The notes beneath the pieces were generated by a model. It was not told the origin of the DNA, searched no databases, and was given only the letters and a program-made list of their open reading frames with translations. From contig CM119265.1 of the NCBI GenBank assembly GCA_051294375.1, positions 29,350,540-29,414,539 on the forward strand: a DNA stretch of 64,000 nucleotides, in the 5' to 3' direction. Both the position numbers and the translations under genes were made by a program. This DNA comes from Paraspadella gotoi. Taxonomy: Eukaryota > Animalia > Chaetognatha. Shown here one piece after another: positions 27,715-40,200 of this stretch (position 1 is its first letter; every line of letters begins with the position of its first letter).

Positions 27715-27809
27715 NNNNNNNNNNNNNNNNNNNNNNNNNAAGAGAGAGATGGTAAGAACTCTCTTCTCTCTCTCTTTCTCTCTCTCTCATCTATCTCTGC
27801 ATCTCTCTC

Positions 27810-27845
<36 letters not shown>

Positions 27846-28174
27846 ATCATCTCTCTCTCTCTTATTAAAACAATGTTAAGACTGTAGAGTCCTCCAAGGA
27901 TTGTGATGGAATGGAAAGAAGGAAAGTCGAAAATTATCCTCTTTGGAAATTGATTAATGATGGGCGATTACCAGACAAAAGATATAAAAGAGATTTTTTA
28001 TTCCCTTTCTTCATCTCATCTTCGTCTCCTCTCTCTCTCTCTCTTCTCTCTCTACTTTACAAAGTGCAAACGAGATTTTCGTGATTTTTTACAAAACAAT
28101 TTAATGATTTTAAATGATTTAATTTGTTTAATATTTAATAATTATCCCAAATTAATCAATATCTTTTGTTTCAG

Positions 28175-28335
28175 GTCCGGGGCATCCGTGGTCGTGTCTT
28201 CAAAGTCATCTCCCTCCAAATGATTTTCGGCCCCGTGGTCAAGTGTCCAGCCAGCGTCCAGTTTCCCGCCAAAATTCGACCCGACCTTCCCTCACCCATC
28301 ACTCCCGTGGCAAAGCCTTTCTTTCACTCCGAAGG
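28175..28335 (+). CDS. IgSF exon (VRGIRGRVFKVISLQMIFGPVVKCPASVQFPAKIRPDLPSPITPVAKPFFHSEG)
   Basis: Acceptor atcttttgtttcag, donor gg|gtaagg, phase 0->2. The L-x-x-x-FGP-x-x-x-CP linker repeats the LDVRFGPRFDCP linker of the 7095 exon. Confidence 0.8.
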
Positions 28336-28788
28336 GTAAGGAAATAAGGAATGCTCTTTTGTTTAATTTCTTTATAGAACATTCATACTAATTATACATT
28401 TTAGTGGCCATTATTATTACGAGGCAAAGAGATAGAGATATTTTTAGAAAGAGAGATATATTGTTTTCTTTCTTGCTCTTTTTTCCCAGTTTTTTTTTGT
28501 GGGTGCCACCCCACACTGAAAAGAATTATCTATTAAATATTTATACAAATAATTTTTATCTCTAAATTAAATCTTTGGTCATGCGACAACCGTCCAGTAA
28601 TGAAATAATAAGTCAACAAATTAAATAATTAAATATACTTAAGTAAGTCTTGAAGTCAGATTCAATTTCGTCTCAACTCGATGGAAAACGGAAACAATTT
28701 TATTCTCTCGCTTTCAGTTTCTTTCCAGCGGAAGATAATGTTGTCTTCGTTGTTGTTGTTGTTGTGGTCTTCGTCGTCGTCGTCGTCG

Positions 28789-28822
<34 letters not shown>

Positions 28823-29661
28823 CGTCGTGGGTGTCGTTTTCGTCGTCTACGTCGTCGTCGTCTCCGTTGTTGTTTTGGTTAGAAATGTTGTTCCAATCAG
28901 CGAAAAGGTTTTGTGTTGCCTTTTTTTTCTTTTTCTCGCTTAGGATAAAATTGTAGCTTTATTATGTTTTGGTTTGATTGAGTAAAACAGTTGTAGTGTT
29001 TCGAATGTTTTGTTTCCTACCTTCATTTTCCCCGATTGTTTTATTTATTCGTGAAAGAAAACAGTTGATTAGTTTTGTTGAAAGATAGATTTTGTTGCTG
29101 TTGTTTCCTTCTTCATTTCTTATCTCTTCCTCTTCCTCCTCCTCCTCCTCTTCCTCCTCTTCAGTTTTTTCTTTCCTTTTCTTTTCTTTTTTTTCTTTCC
29201 TTTTTTTTTCTTTTCTTTTCCTTTCTTGTATTTTCTTTTCTTTTATTTTCCTTTCTTTTCTTCTCTTTCTTTTCTTTTCCCTTCTTTTTTATATTTTCTT
29301 TTTTTCCTTCTCTATTTTTTTCTTTTCTTTTCCCTTCTTGTCTTTTCTTTTCTTTTCTTTTATTTTCCTTTCTTGTCTTGTCTTGTCTTGTCTTGTCTTG
29401 TCTTGTCTTGTCTTGTCTTGTCTTTTCTTATCTTTTCGTTTCTTTTCTTTTCTTTTCTTTTCTTTTCTTTTCTTTTCTTTTATTTTCTTTTCTTTTCTTT
29501 TCTTTTCTTCTCTTTCCTTTTCTTTTTCCTTTTTTTTCCTTTTTTTAATTTCTTTTCTTTTCTTTTTTTTCTTTTCTTTTTCTTTCTTTTCTTTTCTTTT
29601 CTTTTCTTTTCTTTTCTTTTCTTTACCTTTCTTTTCTTTCCTACTTTTTTCCCTGTTTTAG

Positions 29662-29696
29662 TGTCGGCGCAAGTTCTACATTGACTCAACAAGTCG
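29662..29696 (+). CDS. possible micro-exon (VGASSTLTQQ[V])
   Basis: Acceptor tttttccctgttttag after a long pyrimidine tract; open in phase 2; two possible donors (gtcggt at 29693, gtttgt at 29697). Confidence 0.3.
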
Positions 29697-29985
29697 GTTT
29701 GTCCATATGTCTGTCTCATTTCTTTCAAAATGCCAATAACTCATACAATAATGGAGTTAGTTAATTATTAGACAATTCATTTACTACCTCGTGATCAAAT
29801 GTCTCAATAAAAAAGTCACAGCTGAATCACATCTAGAACTTCCTGTCTCTTCTTTCAATATTTTTTTTCTTTTCTTTCTTTTTTCTTTCCTTTCCCAAAA
29901 AAAATATTTTGTCCAGAAGTTTATTGCGTCCATTTTTCTCTTGCTCAATTATCTTTCTATGTCTTGTCTTGGACAAATATGGTAA

Positions 29986-30112
29986 TTGTCCTCAATTTCT
30001 TTCTCCGCTTTGTCCTCAATTTCTTTCTCCGCTTTGTCCTCAATTTCTTTCTCCGCTTTGTCCTCAATTTCTTTCTCCGCTTTGTCCTCAATTTCTTTCT
30101 CCGCTTTGTCCC
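29986..30112. repeat. 24-bp perfect tandem repeat (tgtcctcaatttctttctccgctt) x5
   Basis: Directly visible; abuts an acceptor-like cgcag at 30119. Confidence 0.95.
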
Positions 30113-30119
30113 ATCGCAG

Positions 30120-30292
30120 ATGGAATCAGAACCAAAAATGGAATCGGATCCGCGACTCGGAGAGAATCAATCTGCCGGATTCCGGATTCGACTCTCTCAT
30201 TGGACGAACCTTCAAGTGAATCCACCAATCACAAGATGGGCTTCATGCCATCGGGAAAACCAGTCCGTGTCGATGATCCGATTGCTATTTTG
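30120..30292 (+). CDS. probable internal exon of the IgSF gene, frame unresolved
   Basis: Acceptor ccatcgcag, donor tg|gtactg; complex, higher-GC sequence with two open frames (MESEPK...VNPPITRW... or DGIRTKNGIGSATR...). Confidence 0.45.
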
Positions 30293-30407
30293 GTACTGAT
30301 TCATTCGGCCTCAAATTCTGACACCGTCTTTGCTTGTCTGACATCTCAGAATTAAATGCACTTGTTGAATGTTGAAATGTTGAAATCCCTGTCTAAATAT
30401 TTCAATG

Positions 30408-30455
30408 TGGTGGCAGCTGTGTAATTCGAACCCGCGCCCCCGAAGAGACTGGTCC
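30408..30455 (-). pseudogene. tRNA-Leu 3' half with encoded CCA
   Basis: Minus strand reads ggaccagtctcttcgggggcgcgggttcgaattacacagctgcca-cca: the long variable arm, T-loop and acceptor strand of metazoan tRNA-Leu (AAG/TAG type). The 5' half is absent. Confidence 0.8.
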
Positions 30456-30754
30456 CAGTTTATTGTCTTTCGTTCTCAATCTATCAATTCTTAAAGAGTC
30501 GTCTCTTTCCTTAAAGAGTCTTCTCTTTCCTCCCTCTATTTGCACCTTCATCCATCTCTCCCATCCTTCACCCTCTCCCCTTCTCCTCCCTCCCCTCTCT
30601 TCCCTCCACCCTCTCCTCTCAATTCCCCCTTCCTCCCTCCCCTCTCTCTCCCTCCACCCTCTCCCTCTCTCTCCCCTTTTCTCCCTCCCCCTTAATTCTC
30701 CTGCTCTTTTGTTTATGAACCAAATCTGCAGCGATAAGCATCCGATAGGTTTCG

Positions 30755-30785
<31 letters not shown>

Positions 30786-30976
30786 CTCCTCTCTCTTCTC
30801 TCTCCTCTCTTCTCTCTCTCTCTCTCCTCTCTCTCTCCCGCTCTCTCTTCTGTTATGAATCTCATTTTTTTTCTTTCTTTTTTTGGGTTCATTTTTTCCC
30901 TCTTATCTCTCTTTGTTTTTCTGCCTGGGCAATTTTGTTTTGACGCGCGCGTTGATAGAGAGAGAGAGAGAGAAAC

Positions 30977-31023
<47 letters not shown>

Positions 31024-31751
31024 CAGAGCCTTGATAGTTCTGGGACCTCCAGGTTTTGGCAACAATGAGTACAGGTGTTGATTTCCTCACAAAAGGAAAT
31101 GGTTCCATTGGTTTCTTGCAATGGCTGAGCCAAATCCTTTGTGGACGAAACCAGGTGACTCCATTGCGGATTCTGGCCTCAAATTTGATGGAATCGTCAA
31201 GAGGCAATCGTCATCATGAGCGGCATTTGTTTTCATGACTGGCATTTTTCATCTTTGGTGTCATTTGTCATCATACGTTGCATTTGTCACCAAATTTATA
31301 TATAACAAACGTCTTTATATTCTACATATTTGTTTTTATGATACGCACTGCTTTGGAATTCCGTCTTTTTTTCTTTATAGTTTTAAGAATTCCTGAAAGC
31401 AACGCCAGCAGTCTCTTAGATTTGATATTTTTGTCTGTCTTAACAAATGAGCAACCCACGTTATGCAACTTATGAGCATTTGTTACGTAAGTGGGACAGA
31501 CCGACTGACAAACATACCGACCGACCGACCAACCAACCAACCTACCGACAGACCGACTGACAAAAAATTGACTGCTCGAGTACTCTCGGCGCAGCCAAAG
31601 AGTGAGAGAGACAGAGAGAGAGATATATATATATATATTATTTTTCCCACATGTTATTTCGTCTTTAATTTTTTCTTCTTTCTCAGTAATTTATTAATAA
31701 CTGAAACTCCCTTAATTTAATAAAATATATTTACTTTTTTTATTTCAACAG

Positions 31752-31884
31752 CGCCGGACCTGCCGGAACTGCCGGTTCAGCCGGAACTGCCGGTGCTGCC
31801 GGAACTGCCGGTTCAGCCGGCTCTGACATCGCTCGGTCAAAACGTCGAATCGAATTTGTTGGCAAAGATCAGATTCCGATTGAG
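31752..31884 (+). CDS. IgSF exon with (AGx)n repeat (AGPAGTAGSAGTAGAAGTAGSAGSDIARSKRRIEFVGKDQIPIE)
   Basis: Acceptor tttttatttcaacag, strong donor gag|gtaaga; phase 2->0 links to the 36489 exon. Confidence 0.7.
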
Positions 31885-33874
31885 GTAAGAAAAATGTTAT
31901 ATTATAAATCATATTATATTCAAGATTGTTATATCACCTTTAACAATGAAATTGGTACAAACAATTTAAAATTATCCAATCATTCAATAAATAAGCTATC
32001 TTGCCCCTGATTTGGACAGACTTTGGTGGTTTAAGGCCTCCATCACTCTTCCAAGATAATGACACAGCAGGTCACTGCAAGCTTTCAATCAAGACTTTCT
32101 CACAGACTTGTTTATTCACTCCCTTAAGTAATAGATCGGGGAATACTATATTGTACTCCGCCTAGCATCAAAATACAACTTTATACAATTACAAGGAGCT
32201 GAATTTTATGAAATTGGTACGGACAACCAATATAAAAATTATCCATTCATTTAATAAATAAGCAATCTTGCCCGTGACTTTGGACAGGCTTTGGTGGTTT
32301 AAGGCCTCAATCACTCTCTATCACTCATATTAATAAATTTTTAAAACCCAATGAACTAATTTAAAAAGTTGCATTGAAAATCTATTTAGTAGAATTTTTC
32401 AATTTAGACCCGCCTTATTACATATTTATTTATACAGACATTTTATCGCCTATAATTTAATTTTCTGCAATGGAAAGATTTTCCTCTTGTACAGAGCGAC
32501 ATAAGTGGGACTTCACTTGTTAAGAGGAACACAACAAAGTGATAGAGGAGGAGGAAGAGGAGAGGAGGAGGAGGAGGAGGAGGACGAGGAGGAGGAGGAC
32601 GACGACGACAACAATGCTTTTCCTCTTGAAAAGGACGGAATAAAAGACTCTTACTCCTCGTTCTTTTATTTTGAGTCGTTGTTGTTATCTTATGTTGCAT
32701 GTTTTTTACTGGGTTGTTTCCATCTTCATAATTTTTGTAAAAAAAATATCGACGAACTATTGGCGAGAACATTTTCATCATCATCTAAAAGATGATGAAA
32801 AAGTCTAAGCAAAGGCTTCAGCATCATATGTTACCATAGAATTTCATCCCGTAATTTGTTTTCCTGATACTGTATATTTTAAAAATACAACTAGATTAAT
32901 GTAATTTAATTTTTGTATTTCAAAGGGAACGTCTTATCTTTTAATATTTTTATACAGTATGATGATGTAAGTAACTTACAGACAGGATTTGGGTGTTGGA
33001 CCGACGAACCGACAAAGTGGATTATAAAACCGGAATCTGCTGTAAGCTGTAAGCTGTAAGCTTACAGAAGATTCCGGTTAAAAAAACATTTAAGGGACAG
33101 AGAACTTCTTGGCCTTAAGAGTTATATTTAATGTCTTTTCTAAATTTTCTCCGGAGTATAAATTTTGAATTAAAAATATATATAAAGCAAAATAAAAACA
33201 AAGAAAAAGAAAAAAATATGAAAAGAATTTATGTGAAAAAAAAAACGAAAGTGAAAAAGTCCTTCACGTCGTAAATCGTGACTTTGAAAAAATTCGCCCG
33301 GAAGTGAAAGAAGAATCACTCGTCCCAAGTGAACATCTTTGACGTCGTCCTCTTCGTCGTCGTCGTCGTCACAGTAGTCGTCGTCTTCGTCGTCGTTGTC
33401 GTCGTCGTTGTCGTCATGAGCGACGAAATTAACTGCGTTTTCTTCAATCGAGATATAGAGATAGAGGCACGCAGAAGGAGAGACAGAGAGGAAGGGAGAT
33501 AGACAGAGAAAACAGAGAGAGAGAGGGGCACTCAGTAAAAGAGACAGAGACAGAGTTAGGGGAGAAAAAACAGAGTGGTAAAGTAAATGTAATGGAATTA
33601 TCAAACTTGAGAAAAATATTTTTTTCTCCTTTTTCTTTGCAATTTATACAATTCTTTCTTTACTCATTTTCTTTGTCTCCTTCGAACACCTAACCCACAC
33701 AGTCCTATTCCCCACACTAAACCAATCCACACCGACCTATTGGCCACACTTAAACCCACAAATGCTTTTTCTCCCTAGCTTTTACCCATAGTCGAACCGC
33801 ATAGTCCGAGGACCAAACAGATAATGGTATTCAATATTTACGATCTTTTATTCATGAGCAAAAAAAAAAGAGCA

Positions 33875-34290
33875 TCCCTTCCTTCCTTTGGGTATGTCTT
33901 CTCTTTTTCTTCGGTATGTCTTCTCCTTCCCTTCGGTATGTCATCTCCTTCCCTTCGGTATGTCTTCTTTTTCCCTTCGATATGTTTTCTTCCCTTCGGA
34001 ATGTCTTCTCCTTCTCTTTAGTATCTCTTCTCCTTCCCTTCAGTATGTCTTATCCTTCCCTTTAATATGTCTTCTTCCCTTCAATATTTCTTCTTCCCTT
34101 TGGTATGTCTTCTCCTTTCCTTTGGTATGTCTTTTCCTTCCCTTCGGTATGTCTTCTTCTTGTCTTCGGTTTGTCTTCTTCCCTTTGGTATGTCTTCTCC
34201 TTACCTTCGGTATGTCTTCCCCTTCCCTTTGGTATGTCTTCTCCTTCTCTTCGGTATGTGTTCTCTTTCCCTTCGGTGTGTCCTTGCCTT
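33875..34290. repeat. ~22-bp degenerate minisatellite (cttcccttcggtatgtcttctc)
   Basis: Directly visible. Confidence 0.85.
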
Positions 34291-36278
34291 CTCCCTGTTT
34301 TTACTCCCATCATATTGTCCCTTCTGTATCTTTCCTTTTTTTCTTTTTAATATTTCTCTATTTCTTCAGATTAATATTTAATTTGCATTTTCCATTTTCC
34401 TCCAACTTTCCTCTCTCCTCCCTTGTTCCTTCTCACCGTCCCCATTCCTCCTTTTCTCCCTCTCTCCCCTTCTCCCTTCTCTTCTCACTTTCCTTTTCCC
34501 ACTCTCCCCCTCTCCGTCCCTTACTCCGTCTCTCCTTCACCTTTTCTCCCCTTCTCCCTCCCCCTTCCTCCCCTTCTCCCTCCCTTTCTTCCTCTCCTTC
34601 TTCCTTCCCCTTTTCCCCTTCTCCCTCCCCTTCTTCTTCTTCCTCTTTTTTCATGAGGCGAGAAAAGGACATGGAGCGACGGGACATTTGGTTCTTCTAT
34701 GGGCGCCCGTTAAAAGAGGGGAGGAATAAGAGAGGGAAAATTAGGGAAAGTAGGAAGAATAAAAGGAAAAAGAGGGGAGATTAGAATAACGGATTAAGTT
34801 TGATTTGAAAGCGAAGAAAGTAAATTATGATTAATAAGCTATTGTATGGTTTAAATGTAATACAAAGGATTAACAATATCAGAAGCTAATATTAAAGTAA
34901 TATTCGTCAAAAAATGAAATTTGTTTTTTGATTACTATAACTCTACAATCTGCTGGTTGAATTTTCAAGATTTTCATTCTTTTTGCAATTCCTTCTGGAT
35001 TGCATCAACACCATGGATTCTTTTTTCTCCACAAGAGTCGAAGGATTTTCTTACCTCCGGCCTCCCCATCGGCCCTCCCAGCTTCAGTCGGGGACGCGTC
35101 CCATCTGTCATACTCCCGACTGTCCCGGCTCGCGCCGGCCTCTCCTGAAAATTGGAACCCCGGTGAACAGGCGCTGTACTGGCACTTGTCCACCACCTTG
35201 CCGACGATGGCTAGAGCCGTTGCACAAGCGCGGCTTCGCGATGACCATGATGCAAGAGCCGTGAAAAAGGCCATACAATGATTGAGGACGGGCCCGCCCG
35301 GTCCAACACGTTCGAGCAGCAAACTCCTCCCCACTCCGTGACGCCGCGCGGCGGGTTAAAAGTATCCCGCGCCCGCATGCACCGTCGAGCTCTGATGAGT
35401 CATTCCCGCACTGAGAAGTACTTCATCTGCCGCGTCAATTCCCGCTAAAAGACCGTTCCTCTGAATGACATACCATGAGACCGGCTATACGAAAGCGGAC
35501 CGCAATGTGAATGACCATCGGCCACATCCACTAGAAACCCGCTGACAACTCGTCTTCTCGGATGCACTAATCCAATGATTAAGACCTCATGAAAAGGACG
35601 CATTGACTGACACGCAGTGAACGACCGTGAAAGGCGTGAGATTATTGAGTGAGAACCGGTGAAAGGCAATGACATGATAAGACTTGGTTATAAGGCGGTA
35701 ATAAACACTGATATTGAGGTAACCCCCGGCGAAAGCACAGTATACCTGATGAGACCTGAAAGGCGTACTCCGCATGAGTCATGATGAGACTGCTGAAAGG
35801 GACTGGGCCCTCGGCGTGATGACCATGAATCGAGATCCGTGAAAGGCGATGACACGCTGGACTGAGGAAGACTCATGACACACCAAAGGACCTCGTGCAG
35901 CGCGGCCGACTCCGCGGTGTGAAGGTTTGTTAATATGGCTCCTTGGGACACCCAACCCCACGAACGAAATCTGTGAAACGATTCTTACGACATATCAATA
36001 TGACAATTTCAAACTTAACCAAGTTGATACACTATATATATATATGTTTAATGAATACTTCTATTAATATATTAAATTTATTAATGTTTTTATTATTAAA
36101 TTATATTTCTGATTATCAATATTCTAATTGATCTAAATCATTATTGGTATTGGGATGTGAGTGATGTCTTCTGGAATTAGAGAGATCGTCGGTACAATTG
36201 AAGTTTATATGACTCTCCAGGTTGATTTCCTCCAGTTTCAACATTTTCGTCTAACTCGAGTCTTTAGGAAGAATATCT

Positions 36279-36430
36279 TATAGACGGAAACCGTGTCCGA
36301 CTTTAATTAATTTAATTAATTAATTAATTTAATTAATTAATTATAGACGGAAACCGTGTCCGACTTTAATTAATTTAATTAATTTAATTAATTAATTATA
36401 GACGGAAACCGTGTCCGAGTTTAATTAATT
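36279..36430. repeat. three tandem copies of tatagacggaaaccgtgtccgac+(ttaa)n
   Basis: Directly visible. Confidence 0.85.
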
Positions 36431-36488
36431 TTTATCATATATTTTTTCATTGATTTTATTTCTACATTTTCTCTTTTCTTTCTTCCAG

Positions 36489-36772
36489 AGGCGACCGCGT
36501 CGTCAAGGTCGTCGTCATAGCAACGAAGCCGCCGCCGCCTCCGCCTCCGCCGTCGCCGCAGACACGCCCACTCGCCGCCGACGCAAACAACGAGGACGCA
36601 GCTTTTACGCGCAGCCTGGCGTCCGTTCACGCGCCCCTCACACTTTGGGTGAAGTGAACGCGCTCGGTCTGGTCACGTGCGATATCTTGAGTTATCCTCA
36701 CATCACACTCTCAAACATCGTGTGTGAACTCATCACAGAAGCGTTCGTTCTGCCAAAGAACTTCACTTTCAG
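36489..36772 (+). CDS. IgSF exon (RRPRRQGRRHSNEAAAASAS...GEVNALGLVTCDILSYPHITLSNIVCELITEAFVLPKNFTFR)
   Basis: Acceptor tcttttctttcttccag, donor ag|gtcagc, phase 0->2; 94 open codons. VTCDILSYP parallels VTCDVHANP. Confidence 0.75.
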
Positions 36773-36826
36773 GTCAGCTCTCTCTCTCTCTCTCTCTCTC
36801 TNNNNNNNNNNNNNNNNNNNNNNNNN

Positions 36827-39800
36827 TCATTCTGATAATACAAGCAGAGACCGAGACGGATGAGTAATGACGAGCACATGCCGACTTCCGGGACCGAGGT
36901 CTGCGTCAGGCGACTCGACCAATATTCGGCGATGCCTACTGCCTGCCGAAAGACCTCTATGAGGAGTGACGCAGGTCGGAGACATGAGAGAGAGTAGTCC
37001 CAACTTTTTCTCGTCGAGTCTTAGTGCCTTGACAATTGCCAAATTTTATTGCGCGAGAGCTTGAATGAGGAAAAATTGTAATTCTTTGTCGGCAACCCGT
37101 TGTTGATTTTACCGAGAGACGGCAGAGATGACTACGAGATGGTTGACTGGGGAGAAAGAGGAGGATGACGGGAGAGATGATGAGAGGAGAGAGGAGGAGA
37201 GGATGTGAGAGCTATGAGAGTGAGGAGCGAGGGGGATGGAGAGATGAGAGGAGTCTGACCTTGAATAGTTGAGTCTTGGCAGAACCGAGCGCTTCTGGTG
37301 ATGATGTTTACACACCCCCGTATGTTGAGAGTTGTGATGTTTTGAGGGAGTTAATAAACGCTCCTAGAGCCCTGTTCGGCCACGTGACCCCACGATCCGA
37401 TCGCGGTTCACTTCACCCAGAGAAAGTCCTAGCTACATGCCTATTCTCCCTGCATATCGTTCCCAGATCATATTCGTCCAGTACGCTGCCTCCCGTGGTC
37501 TAATCCGTGTTGGGGGGTCGGCCCCCTAGCGCGCTTTGATGTGCTGTGAACCGGACGCCCCACCTGGCTCTGTATCGGTCGCGTCTAATGCTGCCGGTAC
37601 CCTCCCCGGATTGTCGCTGTTTCGCCTAGTCCTCCCCAGCGGCGCGGCTCGTGTAATCACTGTGGCTGGGTGGGCGTGATCTTGCGATCCGGACGGCGCG
37701 TAGGCGGTAATGCCCGCAGGCGCGGATTTCCGGTGCTATGCCCGGCACCGACCCCTCTGATGCGCGACGCGGTTACGTCCTCCTGGAGAAACAGAAGTAC
37801 GAAACAACTTAGAGCACTAAGACAAAACATAAATCCCAATGACCAATAACAGATATACTAGAGATTTCGGATAAAACTAATACACTCTTTAAGTCGGACC
37901 ACGGGTGTATCCCGTGGTTCGTATATCAGACATTATGATACGGTTGGCGGGCCACGTGCCACAACGCGTCCTTGTTCACCCCCGGCCGTAGACATCTATC
38001 ACATGACCAGCGGATTACGCACATCCAGTTGTGACGCGCGTGGACTTGCATGACAGTAAGGCCGGATCAAGCTACAGCGAACCATCTAGGGTATCCGGCG
38101 GCGTTGCCAAATGCCGCACCGGCGAATGTACGGCGGTACCTCGCCTGCGCGTGAAAAGGGCGTGGGAACGGCCCGTGAAGAGCATAGCCTTGGGATTGTT
38201 CGGCAAACCTCAAGGCCTGGTTCTCCCAAGCCGATAGGCAGCCGTTCCCATGGGTGCTTAGGAGGGGAGGGTATATTAAGTGAGATAGTTTACGGGACAA
38301 GTCCTCCAGCTTCCAGACCCATACGTCGCGTCCTTATTCCACATGGAAGATTAATTAATTATTCAGAATTAGTTAAGTTAGTAGTTAAATTAATGTATAA
38401 ACTCGGACACGTGTTTCCGTCTATTTAAGATTATCTCTTCCCTAAAAGACTCTGAGTAAGACGAAAATGTTGAAACTTGGAGGAAATCAACCGTGGAGAG
38501 TCATATAGAACTTTCAATTGTCACGCGATACATCTCTCTAATTCAGAAGACATCACTTCACATCATGCCCTAATACCAATAATCATTTAGACTCAATTAG
38601 AATAGTTGATTATCCGAAATATTAAGTTTTAATAATAAAAAGAGCATTGAATAAATGATATAAATATAAATGATTTAAAAATATATAACAAAAGTATATT
38701 ACGCAACTATAATTTGAATTATTGTCATATTATCATTATAGAAATCGTCTCACTGTCCAGCAAAGGACCCATATCTTAAACAGAACTCTGACACGGCCCT
38801 TCGACGGGTTCTTTTGTGCTATGGTCTTTCCCTCTCATAGTCCCAGCGCGTGTCATGCCTTTCACCAGGTCTCATCATCGTCCTTTCAACGAGTCTTCGT
38901 GATCATCTCATCACGCTGTTTTCAGCGGTCGCTCATCAGGTAATGCTTTTTTCACCGGTCTTCATCATTGCGTCTTTTACGCTCTTTTACCACTAGTCCA
39001 TTGATCCTTTCACCTCTGTCAATCTATCGCTCCCGTTCATCTTCACTCGGTGTGTCTCATTCTCTCACCTTCACTGTCATCTGTTCTGATCATTGCTCAC
39101 ACGCCTTTCTACTGGGTTTCACTCATGTGCATCACAGCCTGTTTACGCGTTCTCATGACTGTCATTCACGTCTTTTACGTCCATCATGTTCATTCATACC
39201 TTTTACGCTCTCAGTCACTGTCAGTGCCTCTTATCGGTCTCATCATGTCAGTTCACGGCCTTTCACGGGTCTAGCCATGTCCCATTGGTGCGTGGACAAT
39301 CAAGTCACGCTTTCACGGTTGCCATTTTCCAGAGACCGCAATTGGACGGCGTCACTGAACTGAGCGATGGGAGGCGCATAAGAAAATCCTTCTGGACTCT
39401 TGGCGATGGAGAAAAACAAGAATTCGCATTGGTTGTTGATTGCATCCAGAAGGTAATTGCTCAATAGAATGAAATCGTGTGAATAATTCAACACAAGCAA
39501 TGTAGAGTTATAGCCAATCAAAATGAACAAATTTCATTTTTTTGACGAATATTACTTTTAATATTGCTGATATTGTAACCTTTGTTATTACATTTAAAAA
39601 TACAATAGCTGTTTTAATTCTATTATGTTGACTTTGCTTCGCTGCTTCCATCAAACTTAAGTCCGTTTATTCGTATTGCTCCGCCTTGTTCCTTTGATGA
39701 TGTCTTCCTACGTTTCGCCTTAATTTTCCCGCTCTCGTTATTCGCGTCCCCTGCTGTTTAACGGGGCGCCATAGTAAGAACCAGAATGTCCCCGTGCCGC

Positions 39801-40200
39801 TCCATGCTCCCTTTTTCTCGCCTGCATTCTGAAAATAAGAGGGAACGAAGAGGGTGAAGGGATGAGGGCAGGGGAAACAGCGGGGAGAGCAAGGAGGGAG
39901 GAAGAAGAGGGAGGGAAAGGAGGAAAGGGGGGAGAGACGGAGAAGGCGGGAGCAGGAGCAGGAGAGCTGAGAAGAAAGTGAGAGAGAAGGGAAAAGCGGG
40001 AGGAACCGGGAGAGAGAGAATAAGGAGGGAGGAGGGAGAAAGGAGGAGAGAGAAAAGACTGGAGGAAATGAAAATTAAAATTAAATATGAAAGTGCTAAA
40101 GATAGAGAATATTGAAAGGAGAAAAAGAAGGAAAGATACAAAAGAGCAATATGGATTGCGGAGTTAAAGATTAGAGAGCAAGACAGCACGAAGGGAAAGA
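36827..40200 (-). other. probable assembly artefact: noisy reverse-complement copy of ~34250-36780 after the 25-N gap 36802-36826
   Basis: 37255-37420 matches 36645-36780 inverted; 38400-38760 matches ~35950-36300; 39370-40200 matches ~34250-35070. Heavy indel noise. Confidence 0.85.
37940..38275 (+). mobile_element. noisy copy of the tRNA-derived SINE-like element
   Basis: Blocks cagttgtgac..., ggtacc..., ggcaaacctcaaggcctgg occur in the same order as in the 14365-15455 and 58560 copies. Confidence 0.5.

Noticed and set aside
35000-35960. GC-rich overlapping ORFs suggesting a gene
   Set aside because: Comparison with the inverted copy (38760-39400) shows it is an insertion-ridden rendering of a ~25-bp tandem repeat (gtgaaaggcgatgacacgatgagacc-like).
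34250-40200. A ~2.5-kb-arm genomic palindrome with a duplicated Ig exon
   Set aside because: It is centred on a 25-N gap and the second arm has indel-dominated noise typical of unpolished long reads.
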